Shown here piece by piece: positions 51,901 to 64,000 of a stretch of 64,000 bases of DNA. The notes beneath the pieces were generated by a model, which had not been told where the DNA came from, did no database searches, and saw nothing but the letters and a program-made list of their open reading frames with translations. Origin of the DNA: Paraphysomonas bandaiensis (lineage: Eukaryota > Protista > Chrysophyceae); assembly GCA_965644295.1 (NCBI GenBank), contig CBFFRP010000430.1:1-64000 (forward strand), read 5' to 3'. A program made the translations under genes and the position numbers. Every line of letters begins with the position of its first letter. The stretch's first letter is position 1.

Positions 51901-54429
51901 CTTCTTCAGTCTATATTTTAAGTGTCTCTCATCCCTATACCATACAAGTGAATTGAAAACTTTCGAGCATACACGTGACATAAATGTGCTATGAAAGAAA
52001 TCTTTAGCCATTGGGGTAAGTGCTTCTGCCTTCATAGCTCGTACATAATCGTCACAGAATGCAATCCACCCGGGTATCACCAACTTTGTCCACCGGAAAT
52101 GTTCCACCATTCCACGCTGCACGGACTGCCGTATAGAATTGTGGGACTCTATGGCAACACACTGCATGAACATAGTGACAAGCTTGCGATTCGTGTTATA
52201 CGTGTCTCCTCTTAGGCTTTTCCATGCACGCATCATTCGTGTGAGAATATTCTCCTCCCACACCGCCGCCGCACATTCGCAATACTTCATCTCCTTCTGA
52301 AGAACCTTCTTGTGACATAGATCTTCGAAATATCTCCGCACGATACGTTTGTGGTACCGCACCAACACCTTGTCGATCCTTATTTGTAGTGATTCTTTCG
52401 ACATCTTCGCAAACATAACTAGCGCCTTGAAGCTCCTGACACGTGTCCTACCGATGTTGTAATTCTTTGCGATTGTCATCTTTTTTAACATTCTGTTATT
52501 GCTATACACTTGACCAGCGGCAACTATCCGTCTACCAGCTACTAACTTCTTCATCACTTTCGTCCTGCTCAATTTCATTCGCATTATACTTTCAATTTTA
52601 ATCGCCCAGTAATGCTTTTGCTGTTCCCGCATTTCCTCCTCCTCTTTCGCCTTGTCGGCGCATCGTCCAAGGTATTGTTTATACGCAGTTTGTACAGCTC
52701 TCGCCGCACTTTCCTTTCTCGTTTGAGTAAATATGTCCCTGAATCTCTCCACAGCAGCACGGTCAGCCTCCTTCGCCTTATATCCCAAAAATGACTTGTC
52801 CTGGACAAATGAAAGAGAAGGATGTGGGTGCCACATGTCTTTGATACTAGGCATAAGCTGGCTACAGCCAGTAAAATTCATAACACGACAAAATACGAAA
52901 TGATCCAGCAGAACGTATACACCATCTGGGAGCAATACAGGGTTGTTTTGCAATGACAGGTAAAGACATGAGGTCTTCGCAGCTGCGGCCATCCTAAAAA
53001 CAACATTTCCAAGTTTTGGAGTGTGAAGAGCTATGCTCGTGTCATCCAGCACCAGGCTCGTCAGTGGGCTGCAGGAAAAGCATGCAAGTAGAGACCCATC
53101 GAGCTCTTTAGGCGACCGAGACAAATCCAACTTAGAAAGCCGTAGATGGGCACAGCGGGCGTATCCTAAATCTGAAATATTTTGACAGTCATTGACTACG
53201 AACTCCTCTAGATTGCGGCAGATTACAGGTATACACCGGAGGTCCCTGTCATTTAATGTACTGCTACCGATCAGGGATAATCGCTTGATATTCGGCACAT
53301 TGCTGCATATGGCCTCCACAGCTAGGGTCCCGAACTGCATATTCGATAGTACCAGCTCCTCAAGGTCAAGACAGCAGCTGATAGCTTCGGCAATATGACT
53401 GTCTAACAGATTATCTAGTCCGCAAAGGTGTAGACACCGCATGGACTCCAAGTGATGACACAGAACGTCTACAAATTCGCTAGGAGGGAAAGGATAAGCG
53501 GTCGGTCCAATGCGTAGATCACGAAGGTCGTTCATACCTTCGGTATGCTTGAGTCCCTCAATCAGATCTAATTCTTCGCACTCCCGCAAATCCAGTGTCT
53601 CAAGGGTGGGAGAAGACAGAGACACCATCGCCAGCAGCTCCGGACCTATGTTGGGATTGCCTCTGAGGACTAGTTCCCGCAAAGTAAGAGCACGTGTGTT
53701 GCGCTGCCTTCCCCATGCAACTTTGCTTTCGTATATGGATGCCAACGCATCTGTGGTAACCTTTGGACAGTTGCACAAATTAACTGATTCAAGCGATGAA
53801 CTCTTTCGTAATAATGCCTCCACGCCATAGTCTGTAACAGCCATATTGTGCCGCACACAAAGTGAGGACAAATGAACTCGTTTTGAAAGCTCGACCAGGC
53901 CAGAATCGGTGACACCACGACAGCAAATAATAGCCATTCTCTTTAGGTTAGGACACTGACGGCTAACTTGAAATATAGCAATATCGGTGATTTTAACATA
54001 TTCGAATTCCAGGCACAGCACAGTCTTAGAGCATTTAAAAGTAAGTTGTTCGATCATTTTATCATTTACCCACGAGCACCTCGAAAATTTGACAGTGTGT
54101 ATCATACTACTGCACGCAATGATCTTCTTCAGAGTTTTCCAGCTCATTAAGTCACAATTTTGAATGTTGATCTCCACTATTTTTGGCCCGACGAATTTAG
54201 CCAGCCATGAGCAAAAATCGGATGATAATGGTGGAACAGCATTCATATGCAGAGCAACTTCAGGATAAGCCGAAACTTCATTCAAAAGAGCGTCTCTATT
54301 AATATTTCCAGCCCAGTTACTTAACTCTAACGTTAATGTTGTCAGCTGTTTATCCCTTCCAAACTTTCTGCTCTCTATACATGTGCCATATATGAATGCA
54401 CTATCAACGATATTGTTGAATGCACTCAT
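42910..54429 (-). CDS. Giant (~3,791 aa) multidomain protein: LRR, IQ repeats, C2, discoidin/DOC-like, Ig, MORN, dynein-stalk-like coiled coil
   Basis: Four ORFs join in frame via GT-AG introns 47273-47321, 46916-46961 and 46623-46671 (11,376 nt CDS). Motifs: cysteine-containing LRRs, many IQxxxRGxxxR, TSDPFC..LNPVWNEKF..DDFLG (C2), YEGEW..GKRYGHG (MORN). Confidence 0.82.
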
Positions 54430-55130
54430 AGTTTACTGAATCAGTAACAACACAACTATCAATACAGTAATCACTATACTAAAACAATAGGAATGATTCT
54501 AATCATATTCTCTTATTGAATAGTGTTAGAATCATGTTGTGAATAAGAGGAGAAGATACCTCTTTTGAATCCTTAATTAGATTCTAATTACTATCAGTCG
54601 ATGTGAGATATATCAGTGTTAATCTCTGCTATCATCGAGAACTTGTATATATATAGAGAGAGAGAGACGCAGACTTACATATAGACATACATACATATAC
54701 ATACATACATATACATACATACGGAGTGAGTGCTGCGTTTCATCTTATATGTATTGGTGTAGATGTATTATATACGGCAGTATACTGATGGAATACAGCA
54801 GTTGGTATACAGTGGAACCTTTCGGTTACTCTGCTGTGAGAGATTGTGTACTGATATACTGTACAGCAGTATATGTACTTCTACAGAGGGAATAAGACCT
54901 ACAAGTACAGACAACAGTACATATTAAACATATACTGTACATATAGCAGTACGTGTTCTCATAGAAGTACACATATATATAGTAAAATACAAGTACAGGT
55001 CTGTACATATATATCCATATATAGACGTTCATAGTAATCGTACTCACTCTTGTGCCTCCACATCACCGCATAATTACCTCAACAAACACCCACAATAAGA
55101 GCACCAAGAGGGTGTCTACATATTACACCA

Positions 55131-55923
55131 ATGGCGGAGCGCCCCGCACGCCTCAGATCATTACGATCACTGCATGCGTTAGACAGTCCTGAATTAGCAA
55201 ACTATGTCGTTCAAGGTCTCGTATATTTATATATAGTTGACTATAGTAACGCCTGTCATACAGGGAGTCTCACAGACGAGCAACTGGCAGGGTTGACTGG
55301 TCTCACTGTCTTTCAAATTGGCGAGTTTCGTGAAATATTTAGACTAGTAGACAGAAATATGAATGGTTATATCGATACAAGTGAACTCAGACAGCTGATG
55401 CAGAGTCTACACTTCGATAGTGTCCTTTTGAGTGAAGATTTTTTCGAAGAGCTTATTAGAAGAGTCAAAGAGTTTACCTCTGCGGAGACATTGACTGAGA
55501 CTGAGCAGCAGGACATGCATTTTTCGGTAGGCCTGGATATATGTGAGACTATTTCTATATAATAACTGGAATGTTCAGTTTGATGAGCTCATGCTATGTA
55601 TACTGAAGCGCCCAACAGTGGACTACTCGAAACAAGATGTTATGGACGCATTCCAGACACTCGCGGGTAAGAATTGTGAACGGGGTACGATATCTGTGGA
55701 CAAGTTATCTCGCGCTGTGTATCGGGGCGCTGGCGGAATCGACCCCCTAGTAGCGGAGGATATAATGGCAATGATGGAACATTGTCCTGGAGGAAAAATT
55801 GACTACATGGAGATTATTGACCTCATGATGGGGGTTGAGAAAGATGGGGAGCCTACCACAGATATACATCCTAATCGACGTAGGCAAAAGGTGAAATCTT
55901 CAAAGCCACAACCCCCCGTATAA
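55131..55923 (+). CDS. Calmodulin/centrin-like EF-hand protein, three exons
   Basis: EFREIFRLVDRNMNGYIDTSEL is a canonical EF-hand; the later hands are degenerate. Confidence 0.8.
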
Positions 55924-57057
55924 TTATTTGTGCCCACATATATTGGTGTTAGTAGTTGTGTTGCAGTTGTTCTTGTTATTGACAATGAGGTGGACACGGT
56001 ATGCTATAAAGTTACAGCCTTAGGGGTCAACCCTGGTAGTTTATAGTCCAGCAATACTTGAAAACAGTATGGATCGGTATTCATTACCGATCATATTATC
56101 CTGTAGGGGTGTTGGGTTGTGACCTCAGTGGTGGTTTGATGTATTAATGTGTAGTGACTATAGCGTGATATAGGTGTAGCTTTTCAAGAAGTAAATAAAA
56201 TTTGTTCTTTGTTATTTAATCGCCTACTGGCGAAGTATTCCGTACTGCAAGCAAAACAATTCATGATGTTGATTCAAAACTGTTAGAAACATATGGTATC
56301 TAAGATAGTACTGCACTGCTTGCTGGCGACAATGTGGTAGCAGGTAGCAGTTGCATTTCTCTAGCCTCTAGCATATGTGGCAGAGTTTTGGGTCGTCATC
56401 TATCTAGGTGTACAGCCCTAACTACACGATATAGAGGTTAGCTAGATCAATGAATGCATGGTTAATACCAGAAACAGCATTTCACGTGCTTAAAGTATCA
56501 CAAATCTACCTCTTATAGACTTTTTGTCCCTTTCTTGCGTTGCATTGATATGATGTACAGCAGTATGCCAGTGTATGTAATCGCGATATAGAGTGAGTTA
56601 TTTACCGTTACACTTGTATCGTGCTGCTGCTGCTGCTGTCGCTAATTATAGCTGTGTATACTATCGACGAGGCATGCAGTATACGGAATGTATTCTATGT
56701 GTATTGATCACTAGCACACACAATATACAACAATATACGTATAAGCTCATATGTAGATGTATGTTACGTATATGCTCATATGTTACGTACTGCTGTATGT
56801 TACGTATAAGAGTATAAGTAGATGTATGTTACGCATATATATATATATATATATATGTATTAAGAGTAACTCCATTCACTGGATGTTCCAATCAAGACAT
56901 GTGCTGACTGATTAATGAACCCTTCCTTCTCCCTCATGTCTCATGTCCGGTAGATATCAGCTATCAGTGATATGATTAATCCATACAGTGTGTATTAATA
57001 CACACATACACACACACATATATATATAACCAACACACGAGAGCCACACTCACACTC

Positions 57058-60000
57058 ATGCTGTCTAAAACAGAGCCAGTGTCTCTCGCGAGACAGGAGA
57101 GAGAGCTCGCTAAGCCCAAGAATTGGGGAGAGGTATGTATATATGTACATATACGTATGTATGTCTGTATATGTATGTATATATGGTGCTGTATGTGACA
57201 TATGATATATTGCAGATCACATATTGGCGCCTACACGAGAGATTTGGTCCAGTTGGTCAAACTAGCAATAAACGAAAATGTAAGCCTTTGGCTCCGAAAA
57301 AGAAAGTTGCTCAAAAGCTCCTTGAGCATGCCGTGTCGAAAGCCCCTCTAGACGGGACATCTGTCCTCCAAGAGCTATCTGAACTTGAACAATACGACTT
57401 TTTCACACGTTATCCTAATTGCGAAACACTTATTCTTCAGAACTGGTCACATATTTCTGATCACGTTCTCCGAGCAATCGCAATAACCATGGGTGAAAGT
57501 TTAATTGAAGTAGATATGTCTGATACAAACGTTTGGATGAATCATTTTGAGATATTGTTAGGCCGTGTATCCAAATTGAAAGTTTTACGCCTCTCTCGGT
57601 GTCCGAAACTGGATAGTGCATGCATGAATTTAATTACCCAGATATGCCATAAGTCTTTGACGGAGCTATATGTTGATGAATGTCCGTTGTTCCGAGTGGA
57701 ACCTCTCCTTTGGATGTGCGGATGCGTCGGATTGAACTCCCAGAAGCTATCTCGGCTTCGCGTCTTAGACCTTGCACGCACTCCAGTTGAAGATACTGGA
57801 CTGGAGGCTGTGGCCTCGGGTTGTCATCTTATCCGATATCTAAACCTGGAGGAGTGCATGGCTATCACAGATAGGGGGGTCGCGGCAGTGTGTTCCGCAA
57901 ACAAGCATCTGAAGGTTCTCAATACCAGTGGGTGCCTTGCTATCACAAGCAAGTCACTTGTAGCCATAGCTCCTTCTTGCAGGTCTCTACTCTCTCTAAA
58001 CGTCTCTCGTTGTTCGAGAATATCCGACAATGGCGTTGAAGCCATCGGGAAGTTCTGCTCGAAACTGCAAGCGATAAATCTAGCAGGACTTAGACTGATA
58101 TCGGAAGGCGCTTTATTTGCATTGGCTTCCCGTTGTCCTGGTATTATGCTGCTCAATGTAACGGGGTGCGAAGAGGTTACTCCGGGTGGGCTCAAGGCAC
58201 TAGTTCAAGGAATGCACCATGTGGAGGAAGCACTCACGTTCATGGGATTCAAACCCGCGGACAATCACATAGAAAAGAAGCTAACCGAACAGCTGTTGAT
58301 GATCCGTGAGACCGCCGCGAACAAAATATCTGGTATGTATCGTAATCATATGCACCAGCGGGAGATGCACCGGATCATGGTGCTGATTCACCGGGACAAG
58401 TGTGTGCGGCGTATTCAGGATTATATGACCCGATATATGCTTCGAGTTAGGTTTTATTACAAGTGGCGAGATCGTGTGAAACAAGAGTGGTGAGTGAATA
58501 TATTGTTCTTCACATGACGATTTAATTTTACCTTGTGCATTCAATCTGCAGTTCTCTACTTATTCAAAGGGTATATCGTGGATACAGAGGCCGCATCAAA
58601 GCGTCATTTGCATCTGAGGAAAGACAGCGACGTGTTCAACTCACACCGCACTGTATCATGTTTCAGCGCATGTTCCGCGGTAACCAGAGCCGCAAAAAGA
58701 ATAGGTATATAGCCGATGTAGTGCGTGAGATGTACGAGCGGCGTAGACGCGAAGCGGAAGTTGCTGTAGTGGTGAGACTGCAGACGTACGGCCGAAACTC
58801 CCTCGCCCAGAGAAAGCTCTCAGCTTGGAGAGAGATGATGTTCAGGCGCCGCGAAGACGAATGGAACGCTGCGTTGGTTTTACAGAATATGGTCCGAACA
58901 TCTCTCTCCAAGGGAAAAGTACATAAGATGCTTCTCCAAAAACAGAGAATTGACGATATGCGACATAGATCGGCAGCTCGTATTCAAGCGTTCTATCGGG
59001 CTAGCAAAGGGAAATACACTGGCAAGCTGTCCCGTCAGGAAATGATAATGGTTAGGCGTAAACGTGAAGCAGCCGTAGCGCTTCTTGTGCGAGTGATCAG
59101 AGGACACTTCGGGAGACAGAAAGCTCAAAAGCTGCGTATCCAGCGGACATTGCGTCACTGTGCGGCCCGCGAAATCCAGCGCATGTACAGGGGCCGTCGT
59201 GTGATTCACTGGCGCGACATGCGTATGAACATCATCGCGTCATTTGTTTTGGACAGACAATATATCGAACGAATGGACCGTATGCGCATCGCCCGCACCC
59301 GTTACCAAGAATACCTGGAGGACGTCCGTCGCGATTCTGCATCAGAGAGTGACGACATAGATGAAGATGCCCTTGTGCAGTGGGCAGTTGGATTCGACAA
59401 GAAGTTGAATGCACAGTATTGGTTCAATGTTGAAACGCAAGAAACGACTTACGAGGAGCCGGAGGACGAATTCGCATTGCAAAAGAGCCTGGTTGGAGCG
59501 CGGGTAAAAATTCTCTGGGTGGCACAGGATGAGTGGTTTGAGGGAACGCCAACCAAGTATCATACCCGGAAGCAACGGTATAGAGTAGAATACGACGACG
59601 GTGACCACGAGTGGATTAACATTGACCGAGAGAGAGAGCGTGTACAAGTACAATTGGACAACGGGTCATGGGTTATGTTTTCGATGTGGCAGCCTCCTCT
59701 GTTGGTACGCGAGATGGAGAAAAAGAGCTTGAAAGCTAAGACTGCGGAAGCGAAGGCAGAGGCCTACAGAGATGCAAGGCAGTGGCGTTTAATTGCGGAC
59801 GATATGAAAGATGCCATAATGTTTATTTCTGATATTACTGGGGCGATAAGGACTGGAGTACCAGATGCAATGAGCTGGGTTATTCAAGACGATGGATTTG
59901 GATACCCGTGTTTTTTAAATGTAGATACTGGAGAGACCGTGGCAGAGGACCCCAGATTCTTGAGTGATGTTGGAGAAGATGTCCAGATGCAGAGGGAATT

Positions 60001-60382
60001 TGTTATGCAAGAGTTACGTTACGCTGTTTACTTTTGTAAAGACATGATGGAGCGCTATGAAAATGCGGTTTATTTGAAAAACACACAGAAAGTGAATTAT
60101 CAGCTGGCAACTATCGCGAAGTCGTCAAAGCCAAAGTTACTCACTGCATTTTTGTTGCGAGCCAAGGCGCTCTACAAGCAGGTATCGGTCGTTGACAAAC
60201 CAATGGATGAAAATATTAGGAAAGAACTGGAGTATGCAACGTGGCTTGCGGGGGTGTTTTCTGAGTTGATTGAGAAAGCTGATCAACACAGAATAGAAAC
60301 GGAACAAGGACGAAGGCGAATTATTAATTCCATAACGAAAACGAGTGTTGATACAACTGCATATAGCAGTGCTGTGAAGTAA
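57058..60382 (+). CDS. LRR + IQ repeats + WW + Tudor-like protein, three exons
   Basis: Predicted exons 57058-57132, 57216-58490, 58551-60382. FBXL-type LRRs, IQ motifs, WW (W...YWFNVETQETTYEEP), Tudor-like LVGARVKILW..WFEG..VEYDDGDHEW. Confidence 0.82.
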
Positions 60383-61005
60383 AGTGTATGTTGTTCATAT
60401 TAATATTGTGTAATAATTTATTGATGTCGATTTACGCATTACATATAAATGTATTGTATTCGCCTAGTATATATCGGTATTATTCCTACGCAGCGAAAAT
60501 TAAATGACGAGTTTAAAACCAGTCTTTCAAATTAGTAATAAGCGAGAGTAGTAAAGTCATAAATTTGCTTCAGAAATGTTGAGTTTGAACAATATAGGTA
60601 GGCAATTAAGTTGGACTTTAAGGGTTTTAAATTAAAACCGTCGTTACGAAATTTTAGCAAAAATATATTGCTGTTACGAAACGGTTAATATCTCAATAGA
60701 TTATTCTTATTGCAAAGTAATCTCCACGTTATGATGAATTGCGGAAAAGTATCGGGTGAGGATTTCGAAAAGTAACAAAATAGTACGATGAAAGCTAGTG
60801 CTAAGATATAAACAAAACCAGGAGTTCTCTTTTAGATACACTAGATTGAATTTACAATTAATAAAAAGTAGATCTAAAAGCGAGCGAGATTTAGTAAGTG
60901 AGAATACTTATGGACAATTTGTTTGGAAATGCGATTAAAGTTGATTTTGTACAAAAGGAACACTATAAATTACAGATATTTATGTGCTATAGGCACCCTG
61001 CCTAC

Positions 61006-61530
61006 CTACTGCATATTACTTGGGAATGGCTCCAATGGAAGAATAGCAGCACCAATATTTCTACCTTCAGCAATGAGAATATTAAAAGTTTGAGCAGCAT
61101 CTATAGAGTTCATCTGTTCAATAACGATTCCTCGAAGCTTAAAATATTGTATCACATCTATTGGAATTCGTTTCGAACATGTTTTCCCACACCCCACTAA
61201 GAGTGTTTCTACAGTCGGATATAAATATGTAAATAAATCCAAACTCTTGATGTCTATCTCTTCAAATTCAGTCGTATTCCATATCAGAAAGTTTTTTGGG
61301 AGAAGAAGTACAGAATTTCTTACAACTGTACCGTTAATAACGAACCCTCCTTCATCAAACTCGTTTACTATTGTCATTGATGCTCTGGAAGGGCTTGCAA
61401 GTATATCCTATCGATACATGTATTAGAAGAGCGGCTATATGTATGTATGTAGAGTATGGGAGACTGTATGTACCTGCATGGAGTATCGTCTGACTATACT
61501 CCCACCTAATCCTCTTACGACCCTTCGCAT
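61006..61530 (-). CDS. NDUFAF3: NADH dehydrogenase assembly factor 3 (Mth938-like domain)
   Basis: Exon 1 MRRVVRGLGGSIVRRYSMQ (presequence-like) splices to DILASPSRASMTIVNEF..LLVGCG..AAQTFNILIAEGRNIGAAILP. Confidence 0.85.
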
Positions 61531-61584
61531 GATGGCTGATTAATCGTCTATTGCAGGTGTTCTTAATATTATGATGCCACATGC

Positions 61585-62438
61585 TGTATGTATGTATGTA
61601 TGTATGTATGTATGTATGTATGTATGTATGTATGTATGTATGTATGTATGTATGTATGTATGTATGTATGTATGTATGTATGTATGTATGTATGTATGTA
61701 TGTATGTATGTATGTATGTATGTATGTATGTATGTATGTATGTATGTATGTATGTATGTATGTATGTATGTATGTATGTATGTATGTATGTATGTATGTA
61801 TGTATGTATGTATGTATGTATGTATGTATGTATGTATGTATGTATGTATGTATGTATGTATGTATGTATGTATGTATGTATGTATGTATGTATGTATGTA
61901 TGTATGTATGTATGTATGTATGTATGTATGTATGTATGTATGTATGTATGTATGTATGTATGTATGTATGTATGTATGTATGTATGTATGTATGTATGTA
62001 TGTATGTATGTATGTATGTATGTATGTATGTATGTATGTATGTATGTATGTATGTATGTATGTATGTATGTATGTATGTATGTATGTATGTATGTATGTA
62101 TGTATGTATGTATGTATGTATGTATGTATGTATGTATGTATGTATGTATGTATGTATGTATGTATGTGTGTATGTATGTATGTATGTATGTATGTATGTA
62201 TGTATGTATGTATGTATGTATGTATGTATGTATGTATGTATGTATGTATGTATGTATGTATGTATGTATGTATGTATGTATGTATGTATGTATGTATGTA
62301 TGTATGTATGTATGTATGTATGTATGTATGTATGTATGTATGTATGTATGTATGTATGTATGTATGTATGTATGTATGTATGTATGTATGTATGTATGTA
62401 TGTATGTATGTATGTATGTATGTATGTATGTATGTATG
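61585..62438. repeat. (TGTA)n microsatellite, ~850 bp
   Basis: Direct observation; lies between divergent genes. Confidence 0.98.
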
Positions 62439-62556
62439 CTATGGGTACATGCACCGTATTTCATGCACCACATACATAACATACATACATGTCTGTTCAT
62501 GTATGTGTATATATCTCGAGGTGTTATTATCACTCATCTCTCAGATAATAGTTACA

Positions 62557-63203
62557 ATGACCACAGCAATAGACGAAAAGCTCGCTACCTACAAGGAACT
62601 ACAGTCTGATATCCAGCAGCTGTATCTGCTGAAGCAACAGTCTCTGGCTCAGTTTAACGAGAACACACTCGTGAAGGGAGTAAGTACACACACATACATA
62701 CATACATACACACTGTACCTATGCATACACACACTGTACGTATGATACCATACACACACACGCATATACATACATATATAGTCGTGTACAGTGTCGTATA
62801 GTATAACGCCTCTGGACCCTCATGTATGTTGCTATGAAGGAACTGGATATGCTCAATGAAGAAACGCCAGTGTTTAAGCTTGTTGGTCCCGTCCTAATGA
62901 AAGTCTCTGCGGAAGGTAATATCATAGCAGATATATATATGTGTGTTTTGCTGAGATATTTATGGATAGAATCCAAAGAAAATGTTGGAAAACGATTACA
63001 GTTTATTGAAGCGGAAATTACGAAGTTAGATAACCAGATCGCTGAAAAGCAGGGCTTGCAAACTACAGTTGGCGAAGAGGTATATACGACATAAATATTT
63101 GTGACAGAAGTTCGTAATTTCTTCTCTTCAGATATCTAAACTACAGCAGGAAATGCAAAAAGACGCGGCCGCTGCCGTGAAGCAAATAGTAGATGACGCG
63201 TAA
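62557..63203 (+). CDS. PFDN6: Prefoldin subunit 6, four exons
   Basis: QFNENTLVK|ELDML..VFKLVGPVLMK..ENVGKRLQFIEAEI. Confidence 0.9.
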
Positions 63204-63834
63204 CACCATTGGTTTGCGTAAGTGCGGTGGAGAAGTTATTGCCCATTTAATCACATGAATAATTTATATGTCATTGTGTATGTTTATACAAGCTGAGTTT
63301 TCCCCGTACATACGTACCACACTTACGCCAATCACTCATATAGTTTTGACAATTACTTATATCGGTTGCTGTAGTTTGGTTGGAATATATTTTCCAAAAC
63401 TTCAACTCTGCGGTTAAGACACGCATAAACCCATACTTATATCATTATACTACTCAGTACTAAGTAGGTATCTATCTTAGAACAACTACAGTGATACCAA
63501 TAGGAATGTGTTATTTCTGAGAAAAAACTGTTTAATACCAAGTACCAAGCGATAGACCTCCGAAGTTAATGCATTATCTCAGTTTTTAAAAATTGAATTG
63601 CATTTAACAGAACGATCATATTAGCTTCGGGAAAATATAAAATATACACATTCAAATTCAATATTCGTTCGAAAAGATATTATCTTTTATTGATTATGAT
63701 ACTGACAGTCATTTTAGGGAGGTAATAAACAACTTTCACCAACAGATTACCAAACACTGTCAAGAATGCAAATGCTTTAAAATTCTACCCCAGGATTGTT
63801 TTTGAAAGCTAAAATATCAAGTACATGCGGAAGG

Positions 63835-64000
63835 CCCTCAACAAAGTTAGACTCGCACCTTTTCGTGGTGTTCTAGGGGGTAAGTACCTAAGATATTTCT
63901 CCGGGAAACTAACAACGTGAGCCGCATATATAGTCAGCAGTCAGCAAATAACCTTCTGCCCACTCATAACCTAGTACTTGTGTGGTACAAGAAGGGACAT
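63835..64000 (+). mobile_element. Retroposon family copy 3 (5' end; runs out of the window)
   Basis: ccctcaacaaag..gcaccttttcgtggtgttct.. is the reverse complement of the termini at 7760 and 41922. Confidence 0.8.

Noticed and set aside
29791-62745. Long MYVC/HTYI-repeat ORFs at 30.2-30.9, 33.2-34.6 and 61.4-62.7 kb
   Set aside because: Translations of stop-free (TACA)n microsatellites, not proteins.

Overview
Eukaryotic genomic DNA, most likely a stramenopile/ochrophyte (compact genes, ~45-55 nt GT-AG introns, stramenopile-type KatG and retroelements). About 16 host genes are interleaved with mobile DNA. The main structure is a nested composite element at 9195-21594. It has two 285-bp TG..CA LTR-like direct repeats, an outer 5-bp TSD (cctat) and a polypurine tract, but no gag/pol. 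Its cargo is an intact F-box/ankyrin-repeat gene, a TA-flanked MITE and a decayed Polinton-like-virus/virophage module (core protein, adenain protease, conserved ORF, fibre-like protein, tandem repeat). A defective Copia with identical non-canonical LTRs sits inside its 5' LTR. Other mobile DNA: a Crypton tyrosine-recombinase relic, a Gypsy relic split by two TSD-flanked insertions, a retroposon family with a conserved structured 5' end (3-4 copies), and a probable edge of another endogenous virus at the window start. Other notable features: a ~3,790-aa multidomain gene, an IRE1-like protein with a degenerate kinase and a CCCH finger, and long (TACA)n tracts that fill most of the spacer between divergent gene pairs. 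All family assignments come from motif recognition by eye, not from database searches.
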